In this document: positions 36,641 through 47,501 of the stretch, in pieces
Layout: each line of letters starts with the position of its first letter
How positions within the stretch are numbered: the stretch's first letter is position 1
Origin: Pocillopora damicornis
Lineage: Eukaryota
DNA length: 64,000 bases
Assembly: GCF_003704095.1 (NCBI RefSeq)
Contig: NW_020844410.1
Span: 1 to 64,000, forward strand
Direction of reading: 5' to 3'
Notes under the pieces: generated by a model
Databases searched by the model: none
What the model saw: only the letters and a program-made list of their open reading frames with translations
Told to the model about the DNA's origin: nothing
Translations under genes and position numbers: made by a program

Positions 36641-37501
36641 CTACCGGCCAATCTGTTTAATGTACTCGCAACTGCTCGACAGTTGACGATGAGCGTTGGG
36701 GGAAGAGCAGAAAAGCTTTCGTTGAGTAAACATGTTCATTTGAATGCAATTTAGATTTTTACAGTTTTTCGCCTTCTTTAGTTCATGATTCTTTCCCTCT
36801 CCATCTATGTGGTGTCCACCAAATTGCGCATGCGTCTGCTTTTGTGTTTCCTGTGTTAATCCGCTGATCAAGGAAATGTACGTTGAATCAGGTTTGCGTA
36901 CGTCAGAAAGTTGAGGCAAGCTTTCCTTCCTCACAACCTTTACAAAGCGTTCGGATGGTGCAATTCCACGTATTTTAGACGAGTCTTGACGACAAGGAAC
37001 AAATCCTGCTCTTTTTCTATCACTGCTAGAGTTTAGCGTAGGCAATTTTCCGGAGCGATGAGGGCTTTTTGGTGTGCAAATCTCCAAGTGATTCATGGTG
37101 GATGTTAGTCTGTTGATCTTGTTCAGCCACTCATCTGATAACTTGTTGTCTGTCCAGTTCAATTTCTTTACCTCAGGAACCCTTGTGTTAATAATCGCTG
37201 GTTTTTCCAACTCTAGGTTTTCATCTTCCTCTATCAGGCATGGCAAGGGGTTTAGACGCTTCACCATTGGGTATGAATGCGAACGCTGTCGAAAAAATCT
37301 GTTTTTTGGCCAGGCCACATTACTAACTTGCTCCACGTATGACCTAGACATGCTTGGGAAACAAGGAGAGTCGGCTGTGGCCTTTACAACATATTCCTGT
37401 CGGCGAAATGTTAACACTTTCTTTGCCAGTGTATCGTGTTTGGAGCGTTGCTCTTCGTTTAGGACGTTATCTTTATCGATCTCACAAAAGAAAATTTCCA
37501 T
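36641..37501 (-). CDS. Uncharacterised protein, family member C (286 aa)
   Basis: PEVKKLNWTDNKLSDEWLNKI and RKPDSTYISLI; acceptor CCACAG two bases before the ATG; candidate upstream donor at ~38820. Confidence 0.8.
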   Translation of the reverse strand: MEIFFCEIDKDNVLNEEQRSKHDTLAKKVLTFRRQEYVVKATADSPCFPSMSRSYVEQVSNVAWPKNRFFRQRSHSYPMVKRLNPLPCLIEEDENLELEKPAIINTRVPEVKKLNWTDNKLSDEWLNKINRLTSTMNHLEICTPKSPHRSGKLPTLNSSSDRKRAGFVPCRQDSSKIRGIAPSERFVKVVRKESLPQLSDVRKPDSTYISLISGLTQETQKQTHAQFGGHHIDGEGKNHELKKAKNCKNLNCIQMNMFTQRKLFCSSPNAHRQLSSSCEYIKQIGR

Positions 37502-40500
37502 ATCTGTGGGTTAAAAAACAAATATCTGTAAGTCACGCATGAGCAATACGCAAAAGTTTTGTAGTAGTCTTATTCAATTCGGAGTATTCTAACGGCCTCG
37601 AGTAAGAGAAAGAGAATATTAGATGTGATATTGAAATAAAAGAAACAATATTAATAAAGAATAGTGCACTTTTGAGAGACAAGAACCTGTGCATCCGATA
37701 GTGATCTCAGGATATGGCGAGGTCAAAAAACTTGAAATTTTTATCCCGTTAATTGAATTGCTTATATTGAATTCCAAGCTCGCGCACGGTAGCATTTGAG
37801 TTTCCTCAGATCACTCTTTGCCCAATTTAACGTGTCGGCATCACAAGTAATTAAACTAAAAAACCGGGTCCTACCAGAAAATGTTTGATTACACACATTT
37901 TGATCAACAAGTCCTATTTTTAGGGGTTTTTTCAGCGACACAACGTCAATAATTGACACCAATTGTATTCTTAAACAAAACTGTTTGCTTTGTGTCTTTC
38001 AATCTTTTGTAGTTCACTGCATGAAAAGTCGGGAAAACTTATGACAATGTAAGAAAAAGCTAACTAAAGATAATTCATTTTCCCTTCTCGAGAAACATGA
38101 AAGTCAAAATATCCTAAGAAATAACTTCCGTTTATCTTCCTTTCTGCTCTCCGGCGTTTGGTTGAGAATTTTCCAAAATATCAAGAGAAAATATTATGTA
38201 ACTTTTCAGTAATAATAGTCGCCCTAAATTCATTGCGCAGCTACATACTGCTGTCGCATGAGTCTAGCAGAACTTTTGGTTTGATAAACCAGCAAGTAGA
38301 TACGGTGCTTAACTCGTAAATGTTGTGTAGTTTGTCTTAATTCCAGACAGTTGAAATGCGTTTCACGTTAAAGGAATTTCAAAGCCCACCTCTGTGTTCT
38401 TTGTCTGTATATGCCCATGCCCATACCATGCTCCGTTATATTGGTTATAGGCCTCTGACCGAAACGGGCCGTGAGAAGAAACCAGTTTCGGTTCAAAGAA
38501 ATGCATGGCATAGGACCAAATTTGACAGTTTAAAAAAAAAACGCTCCTGGGGTTTGTCTAGAGATAAATGCATTAATCGTGGCTTTTCTTAATCTTCTAA
38601 GCAAAGGTTAGCAATTTTATAGACCTCTTTCGATGGCATCACCTGAGGAAGGGTCGAATCTACTTATTACTCAGTGATCCTTAAATCGCGTGATTGGACA
38701 TAACTCAAAGTGATACCGCAGCCAAAGTAAACATTGAATGTCGTGACAACGAAAATAAACTTAAAAAACAAAACTCTTCACGACAAATGTACTTTTGAGC
38801 TTATCTGACCACATACTTACCTGGCTCATCATATTTCTAACCAAGATCACTGTGTTCGATCTAGCGAATTGTTTAGCTTATCTTTAGAAAAGATAACATA
38901 GGTACTAAATAGAGTTTAGTTCTGACTATTTTCTTCAGGGTCCATTGGAGTGTTATCGTTTCGTCAATGAGTCAATCAATCAGTCAATTTATTCATGGAT
39001 TACCGGATAAGGTGTCAGATCACGCAAAGAAATTGCAATATACCTCAGTAATTGTCTAGGTAGCTTCCTCAAAATGACAAATGTGTGAAAATATCTCATT
39101 GATTTAGAGGACGAAATGAAATGCGCAAACGACTTCTCTGCACTATGTTTTCTTGTGTAGCTCAGCATCAGTTGGAAAAAAGTCATTGGAGTGCTAACAA
39201 TGCAAAGCAGAAGTATAAACAAAAGGGCAAATGTAATTGGAAATTATAACTTGTTTAGTCAAAGTTGGCGGTGAAGACAATATAGACACAATTGTATCGG
39301 CAATGCCGTAAATATGGCATTCGGTGAACAATAGCGGAGTGTATTTGCATTTCATAACAACCGCAAACTTTGCATATTGTGTTGATGTTTTTCTTATATG
39401 TTTTGAGTCTAAAAAGTGCGGAAGTCGATCGAGGTTTATATCATCAATGGAACCTAAAAGGAATACGTTTAAAAGACTTCAAACTTCTTGAAACGAACGA
39501 TAGGTTGCATTAACTCAGTAAACTTCTATGTAACCATCACAAATGTTTCAGTACATCGGCAGCTTGGAATTGAGACATCAACGCTTAATTAAAGTTGTAA
39601 CTGACGTGCCGATTGGCTTTTTCTGAACGCTGCAAGATGACAAAATACTGAATTTTTTGTAAGTTATGTTCTTTGAAATATTTGCTCGTGGTCCTAAACG
39701 GTATAAGTCGTTGAGTTATCTGAAACGTGATTTAAAAAAAAGCAAAAGCTCCAAAACGTGCGTTGCGCCTTTCATGTTTACTATTCATCAGGTGATCTGT
39801 TCGCAAATGAACGGCGTCTTTTCTTGTTTAATTTATCTAGCTACAGGTCGTTTACCCTCAAGAAAAAAGTGTGATAACGACCATGGTGAAACAAAAGCAG
39901 ATTTTTTTTCATGCTAAGCCGGCTACCGGCAACATGGATACCTAGTGTACAAACTGAAAAATATTGTTCAAACGCTCCTGATCTGAAGAGTAATTAAGTC
40001 TGTAAATTGGAAACTATGTTTTTTTACCTGAAAGGAATTTTTCCACGCGTATATCAACTGCTTTCACACATTATCGTCGTGACTCGTTCGCTAACTGAAG
40101 CTCAAATGAGAGAAGGCTGTGGGGGTAAAGTATCCTAATAGGTAGACTTTGTATGTCACGACACTCGCAGCATACGTGCTGTGGCCCTTGATGGCTATTT
40201 CCGATCGAGTTACTCTGCCAAAATGGAGAAACTTCTACTTAATGCCTGCCTACCCCACGCAAAACTCCAAAATTTCGAACTCACCTCACGACAACAGCGG
40301 CGTGTCTAAATTTTTTTTCCTGTCGCGGTAACCGCTTGCATTATATCTAAATCTACATACTTGTCACCGGAAATTCTTCACTGAGTGGGCTATATATTTA
40401 AATGAGCAGATATTTTGGTTTTGTTTGTTTTCAAGACTTCCCGTCTTTCTTACGCGCACGTTTCAAGTATCCCGGTAGGTGAAATGGACTAAATCTTCAT

Positions 40501-43500
40501 AATTGTTGAATAATGTGTTTCTTTTCAAACGGAGCGTGGCAAAATACATTATTAAAGGTGAAAACGTATTATGATACGGATAAATGCAAAAATTTTTTTT
40601 CTATGTGTATGCTATTTGTACAAAAATATCGTATGTTAATGTTCGCCCACGGCTGGTTGAACTTTGCGATAAACTGAAATTGTATTTAGAATTCTGGTTA
40701 ATTTAGAAAACCCTGCAGACAGCGGGGTACCATATAGGACCACGTAATTGCATATAAGAAGAAACCTACAGGTGCACTTAAAAGATACGAACCCGCAAAA
40801 TGCTAAAAGATATTTTTAAGGCAAGTTTGAAATCCTTAAAAAAAATTCACTCTCATGGCCTGAAGGCTAACAATTGCGCAAACGAGTAATCGGATTTTGT
40901 GGAATATTTCGCACGGCTATGAAGCATATGGCGCCGGCAAATTTTGCCCATCGAAAAAACCGAACATGATAAAATGCAAATAGACGACCCCATAATTTTA
41001 GCCCGTCCATGCAACTGTTTTCAAGGCTATTTTAATTTTCTTCTTTCGGAACTGCTGTAGCAAATACATTAAATACTTAGTCTCCATAAAATCCTACAGG
41101 GATATTGGTGAAACAAATAAAAGTAATAATTTGTATTTTAATTCACGAACCTCAAATTGTCAAACCGACATATTTTAGCGCCATATGGAAAAAAACCTAG
41201 ACAAAATTAATCCACGAGATAAAATTTCGTTTCGGGAAATTTCTCGAAATGACGAAGTGATATATTAACCAGAGTAAGGTTCTTTTAGGTCGAGGTCTGT
41301 CGGCAAGAAATTACTTAGTTCTTTTATCTCGATTATCTGTTCAAAATACATATTATATTCTGTCTAAAAATAAATTATATTTAGGGAAGTGTTGACGCGA
41401 CTTCAATAGCTAGCGAGAAGTAGAACTAAATCTTCACAAAATGTTTAAGTCAAAGATTCAACAGAACTTTAGGACGCAGTAATTGAGGGTTTAAAAGCAA
41501 AATCAGCGGTCGAGTTTCACGCGCACGTAGACTTTTCAGGAAAAGAGATTTATGGGTTAATGCTAAGGTAATTCAAGACTTTTCGTCATTTTATAGTTTA
41601 AGTACTAAAAGGATAAAGATTTTTAATATCTTGAAGAATGTCTCAAGAGGGAAAGAAAACCTCGTCTGTGTATTTTTAATCTCGAATTTCATTTTAGTGC
41701 TGGAAAGGGCCATATGAAGACAAGTAATGACGACTGGTTTAGTCACACATGTATGATAATCTGATCCACTATAGGAAGCAAAATGGCATTATTTCAAGAG
41801 GACTCTCTCGATTTCATATCGCTGTGGTTGCGATACCATTCTGTTAAATGGAGTGTTTTCGCACCTTTTGTGATGTGGTTGTTTTTATGTATGAAGGAAA
41901 AAAAAGGAAACACCGTTTCACGCATTACACCACCTACTGCTCATTTCCACACTTCGACAAATGGATTCTGTAAACATCACGTACAATACTTTTTGTGTTG
42001 TAGAGAGAGAAAACTGGAATTAAAAGCAATTTCATTTAACCATCGATGATATTCCTTCCATTGGAATAACGTAAATAACATCTTAAAACTTAAATTAGCT
42101 GTTAATGGAAAAAACTAAGTCCAAGGTTATTTAAAAGACAGTTCGTCGCACAGTTCCTTAAAAACACCTGGAACCAAATAAACGTGACAACACTGATACC
42201 CAGTCTCATACTTGTCATGACTTACGTCAGTCAGACCAAAAGCGATGGACAAGACAAGTAAAATTTGTCTTCGTGCAGAGGAAAATGCGTGGGTTTCATG
42301 TTATTTCGTGTCAGTTTTTAAAGGCAATTAGAGGGAAAGTAAATAGATTGCATCCTACTTTTTCCGTCATTGATCACGATTCTCGAAAAGAAGAATTAAG
42401 TCGTTTGGCATTTTCCTTTGTGTTGGAGGAAGGTAATTAATTTTCATGCAGTAATGCTGTAGCGGCTCTTACGTTTTACTGATTCTGTTTACTTGAGATG
42501 ACAAGCTTGTATTTGATAGCTGCTTCGCCTCTCAGACATGTTCGTAGCTTCTAAATAATTGAAAACAGAAGTTGGATTTTTTGTCATTATTTGGTTTGCG
42601 CATCCGGCTTTTGGTCAGTGAAAAACTAATTTAGTCGCTGTTTTGTGTACAGAAAATTAAGTTTAAATAAAGGCAAGGAGATCGAGACCTATAGTTTGTC
42701 AGCAGTGAAAGAAACTTAACTACAAGTAAATTTATCTATTGAATTTATGGTTTAAATTAAAGCGTTCATCAATTTATTAGTCACCTACGGTTGCTTGCTC
42801 CAACTTTTTGGTTTTAACGCTTTACGAACCTTACAAATGGCTCGCAGTTGTGGACTTGTAAGAGGTCTGATAGTTATGCTTGGAAATTTGATCATTATGC
42901 CTTTGAGAATCACCCCTGAAAACATGGCATCATGCTTGAAATTATGCTCAATTTTTTTTATCATGCTCAATTTAGTAGTTCAAAATAACTTCTTTCAAGA
43001 GCCCCTCAACCTCCCCTCTCCCCCAATCCTATCACCGACAGGTAAAACTCGCCAAAAATAAGAGGCTTTTGGAGGTTTATAACACAACAATATAGTGGGT
43101 CAAATTCTTAAAGCGTAAGCAAGAAAAGCAGATTCAGTGTTAGCAGTACTCAGGCTTCAAAATGTATCTCTTTTTAAACTGTAATATCAATGGAATTTTA
43201 AGAAGTTTCATCATGATGTTGGCATAATATATTTGACCCTAAGCGTGATATCACTTTCGCGTCGTCACTTACAAAAAATAACAACAATAAATGGAAAGTA
43301 AATAACCAAGTGAAGGTGATTAAAGATGTAGGGAGGAACTGGTTCCAGAGGAGCGGGTTAGTGTAAGAATAACTCATCAAATCTTCATAAGACTAAAAGC
43401 TTGTTGGCCTCTGTGGTAACCCCGATGGCCAACTAAGCATCCATGGTATGCTTGTACGTGACTCATTGTCTTAATCTAGCCAAGTGATGTTGCCGTGCGG

Positions 43501-43889
43501 TAGTGAGTTGGAGTATTCGATCGAGTGTCTAGATACAATTCAAGATCGTATCAGAAATAAGCTTGCCTTCTTGCTTCACCGACAAATTTGCCGCAGAAGT
43601 GTCAACCAGCAATGATAAGCTCTGCATCAATAACCGGACACAGTTTTAACTTTATGAGAAAATAATGTTGTGTTTCCGTTTCAGATTTACTTTTTTAACT
43701 GCCTAATTGGATTTGGCAATGTGTGGTTATGAGTTTGAAACGATGGGAGGTAAATTTGAACCGCTGTTAAAAATGAACCTGACAACTAAGGAAGGGAAAA
43801 GCACGCCTGGCGATCTTTCAAAAATTCGGCTCCTATTTCGCAAAAAAGTTGAGCTTACAGATATGTTGGTATTTTACGTTTTAGATTGG

Positions 43890-43909
43890 GTGTGTGTGTG
43901 TGTGTGTGT
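43890..43909. repeat. (GT)n microsatellite
   Basis: About 10 GT units. Confidence 0.9.
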
Positions 43910-44354
43910 GGGGAGGGGGAGGGGGGTAAATTTAATCTCCAAATATACCCTGGGAACCATCAAAGTTGATATTTATATAATACAGAGTCCATTCTCTTTG
44001 CCTTCATGAGGTTCTTACGTTATTACGTTACTTTATTTTATTTCTTGAAATATAGATTTCAACAGATTGTGATGAAAAAAGGTCATAAACAGTTGAGGTG
44101 CAAAGTGCCATTGAAATAAAAACCATCTGTAATCGTTGATTGACAATGTACCTTTCATTATAGATTTGTCAGCGCACTAGAAATATCGAAAAATTACCGG
44201 AATGACATCTCATGCCATCCCCAACCTCCCTCCCCCCCTAAGTCAAATTTTTATCTTTATGCATGCAAACAATTCAGCATACTCATTGGCTGAGGACAAG
44301 TCAATTTATCCCATACAGTGAAGAAAGTTGAAATCGAATGGATTGATAGGAAAA

Positions 44355-44910
44355 ATGGCAGACAGGTTAGAAGAGAGAAACAAAGTTTTGATTTAGAGTT
44401 TGAATGAGAGTGCTAAGAACAAAAACACCCCAAAAGCGGCAAAAACAAGAGGCTAAAAGTTTATCAACGTTTGGAGGCCGAAGACTTCCAAAAACGGCTA
44501 TGACTGATAAAAGTAATGAAATTTACGAACCGGAAGCCCTGAGTAAAATTCCCAAGAAGTTTACCTATGTACGCAACAGTTTGAATGAGGGATGGGAAAG
44601 ATTACAGGCGTGGTAGGATCTGATAGCTTAAGTGTACTGGTTACTGCTATTAAGCGACACCCATCTGAAAAAGAGTGCAAACGCTCGATTATATGTGGAA
44701 GAAAGTTTGAAAAGCTCGAAGCAAGTCCTTGCGGGAAAACCCCAACTTCTCCGACAACAGCACAAAAGCGGCCGAACCAGTGAGCCATGACACGAAATAA
44801 ACACGACTAAAAGGAAAACCGAATCAAATTTTTGCATGCAATTTGGTTACCCATTGAAAAATTTACTTCAACTGATTTATCCAAAATTGCACTCGAAAGC
44901 ATGTGATTAC
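44355..44910 (+). mobile_element. Degenerate Crypton-like (tyrosine recombinase / DUF3504-associated) transposon fragment
   Basis: Frameshifted translation MADRLEE...SAKNKNTPK...IYEPEALSKIPKKF.YVR...DGKDY...DSLSVLVTAIKRH...SII..RKF...SKQVLAGK..LLRQ resembles, from memory, the N-terminal half of CryptonA/KCTD1-like proteins. Confidence 0.55.
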
Positions 44911-44979
44911 CAACACAAATTAAAATGTACATGTAGTAAGCCATATTAGCTCAGATACGAGTACAGGTCAGACAGCGTG

Positions 44980-45921
44980 TTACCCTCGCATTTGAATATC
45001 ATTTACAACAATTACATCCCTTCTCTCCCAGCATCTTACGACAAGACATTTTTCGCAACATTGCAGTAGCTGCCTCAAGGACCTTCTGAAGCGTTCACTC
45101 TGAAGACTGTACAAAAATGGGTTCACTGTAGAGTTCACGCAAACCAAAACAGTGCCGACCTTGTAAGCGATGGAGCCATATTGGAAGCCAAAGTACGAGA
45201 GGACATAAGTGACAGTGTCAGGAAACAAACACACTCCGTGTAAAGCTGTGATAATTAGTAAGAGCTTCGTGACTTTTTTCCTTCGTTTAAGCAATGCTAA
45301 ATGAGTTCCAGCGTGGTTACTGCCACGCCACAAGCGATAAATCACTTTGCTGTACACGGAAGCCATGAAAGTAAACGGCAGTATGAAGTCGAAGAACAGA
45401 GTCGCTAAGGTGTATGCTCTGGCAAAGCCAATATTGGGCCAATCTTCAAGACAGATTTTTCGGTCTGTGTCGTACTTCATCACTAGTATCGCAGGGATCT
45501 CAGATATCACAGCAATCAGCCAACTGGTTACAATTCCAAGTTTTACTCTCAGAGGCGTCATACGACCTTTTTTTCCGTATGGAAACAAAACTGAGTAGTA
45601 GCGGTCGGAGGCAATTAGCACCAAAGTGAAGACGGAAGCCGCTGTTCCCACCCAACTCAAGCTCCCACCAGTAGCTACCTTGCAAAGAAAGTCACCGACC
45701 GGAGGCTCAGGATGATGAAAAAATGGACGGACAATATACTGTGGGGATACAAAAACGGCAAAAGACATGTCAGCAATAGCAAGATTTACCAAAAGGTAGT
45801 TCATTGGCACTCTCAAGGATTTGTTCTGGAACACAACAAGGCAAACCAAAGTGTTTCCAACCAGGTTTACGACCACAAGGATGGAGAAAATTACCCCGAG
45901 AACAACTTCTGTAACGGACAT
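44980..45921 (-). CDS. Class A GPCR, same subfamily as the 10-19 kb cluster, 313 aa
   Basis: NLVGN, PMNYLLVNLAIAD, CKVATGG, DRY, CLFP and NPFLY; acceptor AG immediately before the ATG. Confidence 0.94.
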   Translation of the reverse strand: MSVTEVVLGVIFSILVVVNLVGNTLVCLVVFQNKSLRVPMNYLLVNLAIADMSFAVFVSPQYIVRPFFHHPEPPVGDFLCKVATGGSLSWVGTAASVFTLVLIASDRYYSVLFPYGKKGRMTPLRVKLGIVTSWLIAVISEIPAILVMKYDTDRKICLEDWPNIGFARAYTLATLFFDFILPFTFMASVYSKVIYRLWRGSNHAGTHLALLKRRKKVTKLLLIITALHGVCLFPDTVTYVLSYFGFQYGSIAYKVGTVLVCVNSTVNPFLYSLQSERFRRSLRQLLQCCEKCLVVRCWERRDVIVVNDIQMRG

Positions 45922-47501
45922 ACTGTTTAGATGGAGACCAGTCTATCAGTTGTTCACAAAGTGCAGGTACAGACAGTAAATGGAAAATTTTCGAGACGTG
46001 CTGAAACTGAAATAGTTTGCTTTCAAGTTTGCTTTCAAGTGCGTCAGCATAAATCGTCATATGGTTTTCTTTATGTTCAAGAAAAAATAGAAACCAAAAT
46101 TTCTCCAATTATAAGAGCAAAAAAGAAGTGATATGCCCTGATAAACTTTTATCTGGTTAGCAATTACGGTGTTTCGTGTCTAGACAAATATGACTCGATA
46201 CTCACAAACCTTTAGCTTAAAACTGCTCCCAAGAAACTAAAATATAGCGTGCTAAAACCGTTTTGATGAAAAGTGAAAAACCACAGAATTGTTAAGGGGA
46301 ACCTCCCGAGAGTTTCGATAACGTAAACTAAGTTTATTTTTTTAATCTACAAGGGCAACTGAGTGTCCTCCTTCAAAGCATCGCGTTTCTTTTACAACAG
46401 ATCAATGTATATACCATATAGTCAGAAGATCTTAAATGATGAGCATTTAAGATAACTAATAGTAATGTAGAGATAGGCCTCAGAACCTTTGCCAAATCTT
46501 GAGTGGTTTCGTGTATTGCAGGTAGCTTAAGAAAAGAAAGATATTTGTGGTTGGTGAAATCCTTGAGAACGTTTTGATTTAATCAAATTGACGCAGACAA
46601 TAAAATTGAAATTGCATGTATAACAACATGCAAAATGTTCCATGATCGTGTGGAGAAGAGTAAAATCACAGATTTCCTTTGAAAAGAATATGAAATTCTA
46701 TTGTTTCGACTCACTTTCAATATTCCAAGTTTTTTTTTTTTCACCTTTTTGCCACGAACCTGAAGGTAAACTAATTGTACATTTTGTTAAATTAACAGAA
46801 TAAAACGACAGATAATTACCAAATTTTTGTTAAATTATGCTATATTTGGGTAAGGGTACTGAATTACAACTGCTTTCTAAATCACAACGGCCAATCAAAA
46901 CAAAGGTGTTCAATTCAAGGAAGCAGTCAGCCTTAAGCACGGGAAAACGTGACCTTGGTTTCAGTTTACACACAGAGGATGAAACAAGTTTTTTTGGACC
47001 ATCATTACGCGTAGTGAAGTGCTTCTGCTGAAGACTTTCGGCGCTTGATCGAAAATTACTCTAACTAATATATGAAATACTAAGAGTGGAGCAGCTAAGG
47101 GTTCTCTGTTTATGGTTGGAAAGCAGCCTCATACTCCAAAGAGAAATATCGATCAAGAAAGACCTTACAAAGATCATATCACGTAATTTAAATGACACTG
47201 TGAAATTCAAAGTGGATATTTCCTTGTCTATAAGAGCAATGCAGAAAGAATTATCTCAAGAAATATTCCTTGTAAAATCCTAAAGGTTTAATTCAAGATA
47301 TGACAAAAAGTAAAGATATGACAAAAAGTAAACTAGCAAACAAACATAAAATTCTAATGAATATCAATATAACATTAAGACTGTGCTTCGATAACTCAAA
47401 AACGAACAAACAGAAACTAAAAAAACCTTTCTACGTAAGGACTGGCAGGAGGATACTGAAACACAACAAAATAAGAGCTACATATTGATTGAATCTTTCT
47501 T

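Noticed and set aside
39000-44200. Short ORFs or a further paralogue of the novel family
   Set aside because: No RKPDS or EWL blocks or recognisable domains seen in the ORF track; AT-rich intergenic sequence.
47025-47060. Hammerhead ribozyme (CTGAAGA...GAAA)
   Set aside because: Stem II does not close and there is no stem III or cleavage triplet; it is the end of a common MITE.
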